Positions 38,434 through 53,100 of a DNA stretch of 64,000 bases are shown here, in pieces. This DNA is from Tubiluchus corallicola. Lineage: Eukaryota; Animalia; Priapulida. The notes below the pieces were generated by a model. It ran no database searches. It was not told the origin of the DNA and saw nothing but the letters and a program-made list of their open reading frames with translations. The stretch covers positions 1-64,000 of the forward strand of contig JAQGDQ010000331.1 of the NCBI GenBank assembly GCA_030141605.1. The letters are read 5' to 3'. The position numbers were made by a program, and so were the translations under genes. Position 1 is the first letter of the stretch, and each line of letters begins with the position of its first letter.

Positions 38434-41155
38434 ATGGTGTGTTACTTGTGTGCGCTTGTGACAAGTGTCATAAAACACTTGCTTGTTTTTTTCGTTTTTC
38501 CGTACATTTTATACACTTTTTTCTTTGTTGTCCAACTGCCAAAAACCTTTGGAAGGTATGCTCAACCAGGTAAGAAGTAATTTCATTACGCAGTCATAAG
38601 AAAATTTTCAAGAAGCTCTGCTTTTAAATTTTGTGGCATTTGGTGATTTCTGTGGATTCTCATTTTTCACTTGATACTTTTTTGTACTTAATGGAACATA
38701 AACTTATTAATTCTACTACGACGTATGCTGCTTGGATGAGATTTGTTTAGAAAAGCACCATCAAATCAATGCATCACTTGCTGGTTTGAAAAAATGGCTA
38801 AGAGCTTATCGTGTGTGTATTATGCAACACTAGAAACTCATTAAATGGGTGAGTGACTGTCACGAAAACTATTTCAGAATAGTTGCATGTTTAAAATTCT
38901 TCAGTACTTATAATTTACCTAAAAATTGAATTGCCTATTTTGCAAATGCAAAATGCTGCATTTTAACAAACAATATCAAAAATGGCAATTAATAAGCTAA
39001 TGAAAGAAAATAAATAAATTAAGGTGGTGAAAATCTTGTTACTAATAATTTTATAGGCTTAATGGTTTTAAATAATGTTATTTCCTTTTTACTTTTTAGG
39101 TAGATGGTATACAGTGAAGAGAGCATTAGTATGGTTGTGGTGGTATATCAGGCAAAAACGACTTCCAAATGATGGGTCAATTCCAAGCGCTGATGAACCG
39201 CGTCTCAAATCCTCATCTCCATGTTATAAGGCTGAATATCCTCAAAAGCTTGCTTGTCATCCGCATGTAAATATTTACCATACCTGTAACTTGTAAAAAG
39301 CAGTGATTAAAATTTGGACTCAGCAGCTAAATGAAACTAACTGATAATCTGAACACACTAGTCAACCTTATTTTTATGAATGGTCGGTCTGAAAATGCGA
39401 AAATTGAAGAAAATAAATGGTTTCTAAACATGTTCATTGTTTCATCAGCGGGACCAGACATCTAATATGTACATGATTATGAAGTACCATATAGGATTTG
39501 TGCACTGTCACGTGTGTTGGCAACAACACGACTTGGTCTTTTTCTTAGTAATGCTCAATGGGTTTTGGAACTTGTCCATTTGTTCATTTACAATTATTCA
39601 TTACTCTCCTAGAATGGAAAATTAATAAAAATGTGCATGATCTATAGATTTCATGTGGCATTTGTTTTGATTGTACATGTAGTTTAAATATTGTAGTTTT
39701 TTACTATTGTTCTTCACTAATACTTCACTTCTTCAGGCTTTTGATTCTGTGTATGTGAATGGTGTAGATTACAAAGGAAATACCCTAGTTGCAAGAATTT
39801 CGCGTCAACCAGGAAGGATAGCTGAGGTAGGTAAATTCACGTTAAGTTCGTTTGAACTGAACTGAAGCCAGATTGACATGATGCAAGAACGTCAGTTTTT
39901 ATTAGTGGCTGTTAACAAGTTTGTAAATATTGATTTTTCCAATTTTGGCAAAATTAAACATGCTGCTTAAAAATTATGTGCTGACAAATTGATGAAATAT
40001 TATAGGCAAATTATTATGTTGTGGTTACTGAAGTATAGTTGGACTGCCTTATGTTTTAATAAAAAAACCTGAGATTACAGTTAATGTTCTACAGTTTGAA
40101 TGTAATAAAGATATTTCTGCAGACAAGTTATAACAACCAAGAACCCTAAGTCTTTCAGATTTTCATATCACTCTACTGAAATTGCATAATCTTGGAGACT
40201 AGGATTAAGTGTTTTGGTGTAATTCACTGTCATGTCTTAGGTGTGGTTGATGTTGCGACTGGGTGATGGAAGATATTTTCACTTTCCCCAATTTCCTGAT
40301 ACTATAGTTTGTAACACAAATGGTAAAGATTGGACTGCTGGTGGTCTTCAGTTTGATATTTTACAGTCACTTCTCAAATGGAGAATAACATTTAATGGCC
40401 TTCTTAGGTATGTTTTGCTGTGATTTTTCACTGTGCTTTGGAAGTAAATTAGGTTATTGTTATGATTGAATTTGGCATTGTAATCCCTTTGGGTTTTGTT
40501 CTAAGTAACATTTACTCCTCTGCAAATTTCTGGCATTCTTTGTTTCAATTGTCTGTAATGATCTGCAACCAGGAATCGGTAACAACTTACTTTTTGGTAA
40601 TGAAAGGTTGGAAACACTGTTATTAGATGGAAGAACATTTAAAGCAGTGGTTCCCAAACTTTCTCGGACCGTTACCCAAATCGGGAAACCCGGTCGTGTC
40701 CATTACCCCCCACCAAGTACTACTATCCAACTCAAAAAGTAAACACACGTATATACCACAAGCAAGCAAAATTGTTGATGTTTGCTCGTGACAGAAATAA
40801 ATTTCCAGGTGTTGTTGTATTGTTGCCAAAACAAGAATTACAATTACTGAACCTGCTCATTACTGAATGAGCAGGTTCGTTCGTTGAACGAGCAGGTGCC
40901 CGTTACCCCACCAAAAAAACCATATTACCCCCAGGGGGTAATTTACCCCTACTTTGGGAACCACTGATTTAAAGTAACATTGAAAAAGATGAAAACTGTA
41001 CACCATCTGCCACAAACCTATGGCTCCATAAGTTAAGAGCTATGAAACATTGATAATAACTGTTCAAAGAAGTAAATTATCTATACAAAACAATTCATAT
41101 GAACTGTATGGATACAATATAGATATAGATAGAAATGTACATATATATATATACA

Positions 41156-41196
<41 letters not shown>

Positions 41197-44100
41197 CATA
41201 TATATATATATATACACACACAATCCCATCATTGTTATTCCAGATGCACCAAAGTTGGGCATCCGACAAGCACATCAAAATATGTCCGCATCATTCCAGA
41301 CTAGCACCATTCCATAGGGGCAGAAAGCCAAGTTGATATTAAATAAGAAAGAACAAATCTGTTTTTCCAGAACGCCCCAAAACGTGTAAAGATCTTCCAA
41401 AATGCTTAAGGATTTGTTAAACTTATCTATGAATAACATTGCAACCAGTTACAGCATTTTGATAAAACTTGCACTATTGCATAATGGACATATTTTATGA
41501 ATTTTATTTCTTTCAGAGAAGGTCACAGGAATGAATGGAATGGAGAAGATGAAGGAAAGCTTGTACATATAAAGTTTGCTTTTGTGTGAGCATTAAAACT
41601 TTCCTTAGGTTTTTGCATAGTACTTAGAATGCTTAGAAGTGTTAAATATAGATTTATAATGACACTGTGTATAGCCTAAATTGCTACTTTGTTATTTTAC
41701 TTCCATTACCTATGTCAGTTATTAATTGTGTTTTTTCAGATTTACCGCATTTACTGGAAAGTTTTCGTATAACACGGATGTCGATGCAGATACTGTGTCA
41801 GATGCAGTAGCCAGGGAGGAGTGGAATGGTGCATATTTTGACCGACTGAGAAAGTTCAAGTAATTTGCACTTCTTAGTAAGGTTTCAAAGCTCTTTCAAG
41901 ATATCATACATCAGGGGAATTTTGGATGTTAGTAACAGACAGATCAGTTCTTTGTTAGACCCAAAAGACTATGTGTTAAATGCAAGGCATACACATGAAA
42001 ACTTTTACAGATTAGATTAGATTTATTATATTCAATGCCAATGTGTACATGTACATACAGAACAATATGTAACATACAAAGCTTATGAATCATCAGCACA
42101 CAAAAACACATCAACTCAGTACTATAAGAAAACTTGTGCACTGTTAACTTAATAAATGGCATGAATCAACAAAACAAACAAACATCCTTGACAAAGTATG
42201 GCCACACTTTGTCAGTATTAGTGAAAACTGTGGTAGACATGAACAATGGAAAATGCTGTTAGGCAATATTACTATAGCAAGAAATTGGTGAGAAATACCT
42301 AACAAAACAGTATTAGGGCTTACAGTATTAGGGATCTTGCATATTGTCTAATGTATGAATAGCAAAGGTCGCTATTGTTAGTTTTTTGTGTAATTAGTTT
42401 TGTCTTTTTTATTGTATCATTGTATCTTGTATTATTGTTTGCATTAATAATAATATATAGGCAAATGTGTCTTTAATTAGCTAAGACAAATGTTTTCTGG
42501 GTTTTGTTGCTGAGCACAATACTAGCTGCTTTTGTTCTTTTTGTGAATACTAGTGAAAACAATAGCAGGTATGAACAATGGGGAATGCTATTAGGTAGTA
42601 TTACTATAGCAAGTGAACCTGAATTGAATCTGTGTCTACGTGGTGTCCGTGAAAGAGGATCTGGAGTACAAAGCTGGAGAAAATTTGAGCGCTACATTGT
42701 TAGCACTGGTTATGCCGAGGTGGGTGTTACATTTGTTGTTTTCCTGGGAACTTTTACTTTTATTGTTTTTTATATTTTACATTTTTGATAGAGCGATTTC
42801 AAGGCTCTATCTTAATCAATATAGAACAGTAATTTTCAAGATTTTGAATAGAAAATCTATAGTTATGATTCCTGCAAGTTTGTAACATTACCTGTTGCTT
42901 AGGAAATATTTATTTTTCTTTAATTTAGTACGCAGTTACTGGTTCATGATGCACTCGAAAAAGGTGATGTCCAGTATTGAATATTAATGTATAAACTTTT
43001 ATTAACTGTAGGATGGGTGTGTGTTTTCTATAACTGCAGCTTGCATTCCTGGAGTTGTTTCTCAGTAAGTCGAAATTAATTGTTATTGTTTTGAGCAACT
43101 ATTGTTGTAATCCTATTTTTGATTTGCATCGAAACTCTGATCTACATTAGTGTATGTAAATTTTGTCACTTTACATTTTTGCTTAGTCTTTTACCATTTC
43201 ATTTAATATTTATAAATTTAGCACTTTTTTCTAAGTCACTTTGCATAAAAGTTTTTAGCACAATTTATTGATTTTTTTTATCTATACTTTTTTACATAAA
43301 GTTCTGCACTGTCTTGGTATGTGTAATGCCCATCATGGAGTGTTTTATTAAATTTTGCAACCTTCTTTATTTTAGCTACGTATGTGGCTATGTTGTGTTA
43401 CCCAGTGGACAGTTATGTCCTCTCAAGACCACGGATTTACATCTATCAGTTCTTGGAGAGTTGACCGCCATACCAGATAAATTTACTTTCAACACAATTG
43501 CGGGTCCAGGTTAGAACAAGATTTTGTTTAATGTTCATGATTAAGAAGAATGTCTTTATTTTCGTGTCTGTTACAACCACTTTTAATAATGTTGCATTTA
43601 TTATAAATTTCAGGAAGAAGAATTTTTACTATTGAAGTTGAGAAAAAACTTCAGCAAGTTCTATATACTGGAGACAGATGGAATGTTAAACTTATTGAAC
43701 ATCTTACTAATATTACTGTAAATGGTGTAAAAGGATGGGGTGTTACTGAATACTTATACAGGTAATCATTATGATTTACCCCAACAATTTTTTTGTGCAT
43801 GCAGCTTTAGAAATCAAGTTTACATGTTACCACCAATCACTAGCATCAAATTCATGCTCAAATAGTAACAATTGAGTATAAGTATATATGCATCTGCTAC
43901 ACATTTTGAAAAATGTTGGTCTTTATTGGAAAACCATCTGCGAATTGTAAATAATAAAATTCTACAAAACTTGCTTCCTTCGCCCGATATTGATTTTGCT
44001 ACTTTGTTAGTGTTTATAACTGCATTTTTTGTTTAAAACTCTAAATTTGCTGCTGGGCTATAAATTGTAATAAGTTGGAGAGGCAGTAGTTGTAGTGATA

Positions 44101-47100
44101 AGTTCTTTGTTGGTTTATAAAAGGTACTGTGTTTATAGTTATTTTGTGTATTTCCGTGTAGAAACGAAGAAGATTGTTCCGTACTTATACAGAAATCGGT
44201 ACCAATGCTGACTGAACCAGGTACATTTATCGAAAGTAAATTTTGATGTAGCAAATCTTTGTCATAAATAGATAAAATTAATTAGCCTAAAATAAGTCTT
44301 TGCCGTGATGGGACTTCAACTCTGTGTCGGACTTGACAAATTGGTTTCTGAAAAACATATATCTCTGAACTTTTGAAGTTTAGATCTTTACAAACTGTGC
44401 AAGCAGGTGGTGAATTGGGTAGCTCGGCTATTAAAATCAATAATTAAAAAACGTTAATTAAGTGGAAAAAATTGTTCTGGCTCGAAATCGCGTTGCATTA
44501 TGCAAGAATCTAAATCACTCGGCTATTGAATCTTCACATGTGCAGTTTTTAAATTTAATAAAACGGAGTGATTTCATGTGTATGTCGTAATTTGGTATTT
44601 GGTTGGTTTCGTGAAATTCTCAATAATTTGGCATTTATGCAGTAGTTCATGATCTGATTGTAATGTTGTTGTAGTTCACGGCTGAATTTAGTGAGACGTG
44701 TGTAATTGATAAATCATGTTTCAATGATGTTCATAATCTGTGGTAATTAACAAACTAGCAAAGCCCTTTTAAAATTTTTATGTTGAAGGTATGGTTGGAC
44801 CTGCTTTAGATGGAAATTACAATATGTGTATTATCTTCATTTGTTGTCATTGTTATCATCGTCATCACCATTGTTATCGTAGTCACTGTTACTGTTGTCA
44901 TTATCGTCATCATCATCACTACATTCCTTATTATATTCTCTTATAATGTAACTAACAGAGACATTTAAACAAACAACAGACAGTAGAAAAAGCAATAACT
45001 GCAATTAAATTTCATAATTCAGCCTAATGAATTTACTGTCACGTGTTTTCTCTCTGAGAGTAAACTCGCAAGTGTGAAAGATTTTACGAGTTACTGTTGA
45101 CAAGTTTTTGCAAACTCTCGGACAGTTGTACGCTTGTTAGTCTAGTCCCATTTTCAGAAAATTATAACCCCAGAGGCATTTTTTTCTAAAAGTTGGCAAC
45201 ATAGCCAGTCTTATCAATTTGATTGTGCTGAATCCGAAAACGTGAAAAACAAAATGGCCGCCAAGTTTTTGCACATACAATGTAAATTAAGATAACTTTT
45301 AAGAAAATTAATATTAAGAAGGCAATATGACATCATAGCAGGACCCAAGGAACACATTTGTGTAATTTTCATTTCAAAAATGACTACTGTTTTCAAAATG
45401 ATAACCAAATAATGTCAATCTTGCAGTTACATTTACAATTTCATTATAAGATTCATTATACTAATGAGAAACAATCAACTAGATCTTCTTGCATCCAGAA
45501 AGCTGCTACTAGCTCCAAATACTGTAAAGTGATTCAAACAGTCCAGTAAGTAAAAAAAATGGCTGACAGGATCCCTACATAGCAGAATGGTGAAAAACTT
45601 GATCTTTTCGCTTAAAAAACCTTGCACAACGTTAAAACCTATCAAGGTGATTAATTTTGGATATGAGGCCAATTGAACATCATCCAACATAGCTGTTATT
45701 TTCAAAATGGCTGACAAGATTGATACCTGTAGTTGCTAATTTTGAAAACCATATCTTAACCATTGGCGCAGTTAACATGACAACTTTTGTGTCAAAATAT
45801 AGGTTAGGTTTTCTATTTCAAGAAATCAATTTCTGATGTCCAGAAATGCCTATAACATCACCTCAGTTAAGATTTCAAGATGGCTGCAAAAATACTTGTA
45901 GCCGCTTGTTAATGTATTTGCTGTGTTGCCCAACATAAGGTAAATAGGATGATAATATTAGTATCTATATGTAGGCTTTAAAGGTCAAGGATATAAGGCA
46001 GTACCAATATGACCAACATTTTCAAAATGGCCAAAAAGGTAGCTATTGCTAGCTTATAAAAACCATATCTTAAGCTGTATGAAAATGGGAATACTGAAAA
46101 ACTGCTCTGTAAGCAATCCTTGCCGATACTGTTTGCGGTCAGACGGTTTTTATGGAAAGAGAAAAAAAGATATAAGTGATAAGAAATAACTTTATTCAGT
46201 AAGCCAAATTTGCCAAATTTAAAAGCAGGTCAGGAGTTTCCCTTGCCAGAGACTGAGTGCGAGCTAGTCAGAGAGTTTACTGAATGACTGCCAGTGATTT
46301 ACTAAATGTGTCAACTTTTTTGTTATATTTTTTAACAGCTAACATTTCTCTGATTCAGGAAGCTTTTTTAATTAGGTGATATTTCTGGTGTGCCAGCTGG
46401 TACCAACAATTACTAGATCAGTATCCTAGTTGTAAGCTTAGTGTCAGATCCAACAAGGAATAAGGAAAATATACTTGTCGACAAAAAAAATTCAATAACC
46501 CTATTAACAGCTAAAACCTATACGGTCGTCATTTTTGAAATAAAAATTATAGAAAAATGTATTCCTGACTGCCCTGGAATAGATGTCATAATGGCTTTTT
46601 AATGTTAATTTTCTGGAAATTTCTTTTTATTTATGTTAGTTGTGCAAAAACTTGGCCGCAAATTTTGTTTTTTCATTTTTAATCCCTTTCCACTAATTTT
46701 TCCAGCTAGCAATAGGTTTTTTGGATTCAGCAGTGTCAAATTAAAAAGATTGGCTATGTTGTTCACTTTTAGAAAAAGCATCTCTAGAGACTTATAAAAG
46801 CTCCTTTTTCAGGATTTGGGCCTAGACTATGTGAGTTACATACAGTCTATTACAAGTTTACTTATCGAGAAAACTCCCTAGTCTGTGACTTGTCATTAGC
46901 CTTAATTTTCGTAGACAACTGCTCCTTCCCTAAGTATCGTGTACGTTGTTACTTGTCGGTACTGACTGTAGGCTTAATTTCAGATGTGGCAGACAATACT
47001 CTTTACACACTTCCTTTCACTGATCTTGCATGTGGAGCTTCTAAACTTGTGGGTGGAAAGGGAACCCAACTGTCTCTGCTTTCACAACTCAAACAAAAGG

Positions 47101-50100
47101 TGATTCTCTAAAAAAATTATGAAACTTTACCCTATATGCTTATTAGCAAATTTTTGCTTCCGACGATATAGCCCAATCATTTTTTCAGCAGAAATTTTTC
47201 AATCCTATTTTATCATAGCTATAACTGCATTATCACTGTAGTAACTGATGCATAACGGATATCGCTGCATGGTTAATTTAATAAATTTGTTATTCATTGT
47301 TGTTAGAATGTCTGCCATGCAAAAACATATGAATGAGAAGAAAATAAGTCTCGTGTAAGGAATAAATTGTTGTGCGTGCAATAAAATATCTGCTAACATT
47401 ATTAATAATTATTTTGGAACAGCAAAGAATTTGTTCATAAGAGACACATTAGTAATGTTTTAGAGTCATTGAAACAGATGTACTAGCCCCACCTTCCTTC
47501 CTGTATATGCAGCAAAATAATATCATGTTGACAAAAGGTGTAACAGTAGGACAGAGTTTATAATGCTTATTGATGAACAAAGTCACAAAAAGGAGGTATA
47601 AAGAGCTCTGCATACTGCTGATATTATAGTCAACTTACAGAATAAAGTATTATAAAAACAGTGCAAAATTATTTGCTACTTGACAGACTCATTTTTGGAA
47701 TAAGGTAAAAATTAGATTAAGCCGTCTACACTACTACACGATGTACAATGAAACAATTTTGTAACTAAAAGGAGAGCAGTATGCTTTGGGTAACACCATT
47801 TTTGGAGGTTGGCATTTTGAACTAGTGCACTGAAACAGTTGATTCTACCTGAGACAAATAGCCTATAAATCTGGTCACCAGGAGCAATATAAAATCGCGA
47901 AGTATGCTCTTCGGAAATCAATCAAGTCTGCCAAACATGATTTTAAAAACAAATTGGCGCAAGACTTTTTGTCTAATGACACTCGAGAACTTTGGCAAGG
48001 ACTTAATAAAATTATGAATTACAAACCAAAATCAAAACATATTAACTTAGACGACCCAACTTTACCGGATAAATTGAATAATTTTTATAGTCGTTTTGAT
48101 AAAGAAACGGGACCATTATTAAATTATTTGAATAGGTCCACTTGCAATAACACTCCATCTCTTGTTATACAAGAAAATGATGTGCGGCGATAGTTTGCCA
48201 AACTGAAAATTAAAAAATCAGCAGGACCGGATCGTATAACACCGTGGCACGTGCGATACTGCTCAGATCAACCTTGCCTATATTTTTACTCATAATTATA
48301 ATTGGTCTTTAAGCATTTGTAAATTCCCTATACAGTTTAAGCAATCTATCATTATTCCTATGCCAAAGAGAAACCCAATTACTACACTTAATGACTATAG
48401 ACCTGTGGCTTTAACATCAGTGTTAAGCAAAACACTAGAACGTTTGATCTTACATTTCCTGAAATCTGTTGTTTCACCATTTTTGGACCCATTTTAATTT
48501 TCATATCGTGCTAATCGTCCCACAGATGATGCTGTAGGGCTTGTTGTTCATGATGTACTAATGGACCTTGATAAACGTAATTGTTATTCCAGAATCCTTT
48601 TTGTTGATTTCAGTTCAGCTTTGTCACACATCCTGCAACTAAAATTGTAGTATAAAATGACGGAACTTAACATACTTGACTGGCTGTGTAATGGAAACAC
48701 TACCATTTTTTCAACTAAGGTTGTTAATACAGGAGCTTCGCAAGGGTGTGTCCTGTCTCCAATTCTATACAAGTTTTTTATATATGACTGTGACGTATCT
48801 TCCCCAAATACTGTGATGGTAAAATTCGCTGATGATACCACACTGGCTGGCCTTATTTGCAGTAACAACGAGACTAATTATTTTCAGGAAGTTCAAAATT
48901 TAACACGATGGTGCAAACAGCATAATTTAGAACTGAATGTTTCAAAAATAAAAGAAATTATCGTAGATTTTAGAAAAGAGACTGATGGAAAAGCACCTTT
49001 GCTTATAAATAATACATCTGTACAAATTGTTAAGGATTTCAAATTTCTGGTAATAAAAATTTCGGATGATCTTAAATGAGAAGCTAATGTACTCTGTTGT
49101 GTAAAAAAGGCCCGCCAGCGTTTGTACTTTTTAAATCATTTAACAGTGCCCCTGCTGTGATGGAGAGTTTTTATCGTACAGTAATTGAAAGCGTCTTAAC
49201 AACATCCCTCACTGTTTGGTATGGTGCTACCACACAGGGAGATCGCAATGCTCTTGATCAAGTTGTTAAATGTTGTTAAACACATAGGGTGAATTTATTT
49301 CTTTGCATTTTTTTTATTTTTTCAGCACTATTTTATTATTTTATGAATTTATCTCTGCAATATATTGCAGCTGTGAAACAACACTGTTAAATTTTACAAA
49401 TCTAAAACTCTCCTGCATAACCATCTTCATCTGGAGAGGACATCACATGCAATGAAACAATCAGCTGTTGGTTTCGTCAACTGCTTTTTTTATGCTTGCT
49501 AATTCCGTCTTGATAAAATATAATTAAATGCTTTGGTTAACACTTAAGGATTTTTCTTTATTAAAGCAAAAGAATGGATGTTATACATCCACAGAACAAA
49601 GATTTCACATACGTATTTTATCTATTCCAGTTTTGTGTTCCTAAAGGATTTTGCATCACTGTTGCTGCATACAAATATCATCTAGAAGAGAATCAAGAAT
49701 TAGTGCAGTCTATTCATCAACTGCATGAGGTTGCGACGTGAGTGAATGCATTAATTATTAAAACTGTCTGTTGGAAAATCCCTTAAAAATTTTAATCAAT
49801 TTTCACTGTAAATTTACTGCAAATTTTAATTCTTGTTGCTAATTTTTTGTTAAATGTTTGCTTAAGAAAACAAAGATGTGGTAATTTGAACGAGATGTCA
49901 AAGAAAGTGTCAGAAATGTTTCAACAGAGCAGTATGAGCAATGTTTTAAAAGATGCTCTTGCATTAGAAATGGAGCAACAGTTTGGTGAAAATTGGAATC
50001 ACTTAAAAGTCGCTGTGAGATCCTCTGCTGTAGGTAAGATATCATCGTTATGCATAGCTCAAAATGATTCATGACCTAAAATATTATAAGGATGAGAACA

Positions 50101-53100
50101 TTTTAAGAATGATGTACATTAAAGAATGACTCTCTCGAAAGTTTAAGTTTGTTCATTCTTCATTGTAGCATGCTCATCTATACATACTCATCTATACATT
50201 AGCACTCAGGTGATTAAAACCTTGTTACTGCTTTAGGAGAAGATAGTGCAGAAGCATCTTTTGCTGGGCAAATGGAAACATTTCTCGGTATTATCGGTTT
50301 AGACAAGGTAATTAAAATTAAAGCCTAAATGATACTGAGAGTTTTTTATGTTTCAGTGAACAACTTTAATTTATTTTGTTATTATTGTTTTCATCACCGT
50401 CATTGTCTTCTGCTACTCGTCTTAGTTGCTTAACATTAATGTGTGTCTGAGGGAGCTGGGTACCAAACTGGAAAGTTTATATGGAAATAGTCATGCTTAA
50501 ATAGTCAATTCATTTGCCTATTTGATAGCTACTCAGCAGTGTTTAAAAAACATTCTTAGACAAGATTGTTTACAAAATCGCATATACACTATGGGACTCA
50601 CAAAATGAAAAAATTAATTGTCATCTAGATTTCAACTTTTTTTTCAGATATGTAATGCTGTTATTAAGTGTTGGGCATCCCAATTTGCATTTCCTGCAGT
50701 AGAATATAGAAGGTACGTTATTAATTATTTGTTGTCTAGAACAAACTGAAAGATTTGACTTTAGTTTTAATATCCCTTGGAATATTAATAATAATTTATT
50801 AAAACCATAAATACATTCCTATTATTTCCAGCAAGTACTGGTTTTTATAGGGCATGTTTATGTCTAGATTCATCATATTTACCTATATTAGTTTTTCTCA
50901 AACACTATAATTTTTTATAAACTTAGTTTCACTTAAATGTAAGGTGCTGCAAAAAATGTGTGGAAGTTTAGATCACGATGTTATAAGGAGAAAATAACAA
51001 AATCACTGAAACATGACCAAATTCGTGTTACAGATATTATTAAGGTTTTTGTATAAACACCACAAATTTTAGGCCATTCCTTTGGATTTTTTCTTCATTG
51101 ATTCAAATTTTAAAACAAGTTAAAAATAAACGCCGGAAAAAATTTCGTATGTCACTATTGTTAAAATTTATGGCAAGTGCTCCATGTATCCACCATTTCT
51201 TTTCTTTCGATAGCTGACACAGTTTCTTATTTCTTTAAGGGGCTTTGGTTCTAGCTCTCAAGAGTTTTTGGCTTTAGTTCTTCTTCATCAAATGGCTCTG
51301 TGCAGTCGTCATGTACTGTTTCTTTAAAGGGATTCCAAATACCATAATCCACGGGATAAACCCTTTCACTACGGAAGGCGATAGACTGCCGCCCGAGCTC
51401 AGCACTAAGTTCAGTTACCAAGTTCTGTTTGTTTCACTGCTACCACCATGCAAAACCATTGTAGAAAAGTTTAACAACCGTGGGATTGGGGTTGCTTTGC
51501 AACAAACAACACTAACCAGCCAATCAGCATCTGAAGCCAGGTGCATTCCGCAATACTGTACTGTACAATATATTCCCATGCAAAGTATTGGTGATGGTTT
51601 GTGAAACGTATGTTTAGTCGCTTGTTGTGCATTCTTCTAAAATGATTGCATATAATGGATTAGTAATATGACTTTTGTGAAAATTGGTTTCTAAATATAA
51701 ATAGAGGCTTATTTGTGTGGTTGTGCAGGTGGTAGTATATGTGAGTGCATGCATGTATGCGCATTGCGCATATGTGTGTGCAATGGTACAAATCAAACTA
51801 ATATTCACTATTAGTGTTTAATAATAAACGACTACTTGTTTATTTACAACATACAGTTTTAGTAACACACCACAAGAAGTTATTGTCAAATGTGCAGAAG
51901 CCAATCAGGCCCTGTTGAAAAGCAACTACTTAGTGATAAGGTTAAGGTCTGATGATTCTGGTAGCTATTGGTCCGTACATATGAATTCTGGTGCGACCCT
52001 TTCAAGAAAGGCTTGCATTTGCCCAAATATACATATATATATATATATACGCACGCACGCATGCACACACACGCACAGACACACATACACACATATATAT
52101 AGAGAGAGAAAGAGACTAAGACATACATAGTTCCACACATAGGCTACACAAACATGACAGAAAATGTCTGTTTGACACATAAAGTTCTAAGCTAGAGCTG
52201 GCATATTTTTGAGTAAACCTTAAATTCACTGTTCCATATACTCTTCACTATATAATTTTGAATTACAGTGTTGAAATATGATTACTTAAGGTCAACACAC
52301 ATTTCCTCTGCAGAACAGCCATATTGTTGCTGAAATAACTTGCAGATGCCTTTGTTGTATGCTCCTTTTATGCGATTAAAACTATAATTATAATCAGAAA
52401 ATTTGTACAACAGAGTTACACGTAGTAAAAGTTTGAGCAATATTCTGTAACTTTGCCCTGTTAAAAGCTACAGGCTTTGCATTAGACAAATGCTATAATA
52501 TCTAGCAGCTTATTTATGCACAAAGATAATAAATGGAGCTAAGTAAGATGTTCATGTGTTATTGATTATTTAAGTGTATTTATGAGCAAAATCTTTTTTT
52601 AGGGCTTTGGCTAGTTAATATATTATGTTCGATGGTATATGCCTCTATATATATATATTTATTTATTTATGTACGTAATATGTGTGGTTTATGCAGCTAC
52701 AGTTTTAACGACTGCACCATTTCGGCAATTTCTATATCATCAAACAAAAAGACTTGGTATAATGTGGTCCCATTTATTTTTCAAGTCGGGGCTGCTTAGA
52801 AGAACAGGAGAGGGGAAAAATCTCCAAAAATGGCTGTTTTGGCCCGTTTTTTTTGCAAAACTTGTACTCCTTACTTTGAGAGAACAAGAAAAGTACCAAA
52901 TGTGAAACCAATAATGATTGAGCACAATGGTGGGTGTAGTGGGCACACTGAGATTTCAAGGGAGGCCTACGGTTTCTGGCAATGTGTGCTTACTTGAAGT
53001 AATCTGCCCAATTTTTGCAAAAAAACTGCCCTTTGACCTCTAGAAAAATCGATTTCTACAATTGCTGGGGTATCTTGGAAAACAGTGAGCACACTCCCTG

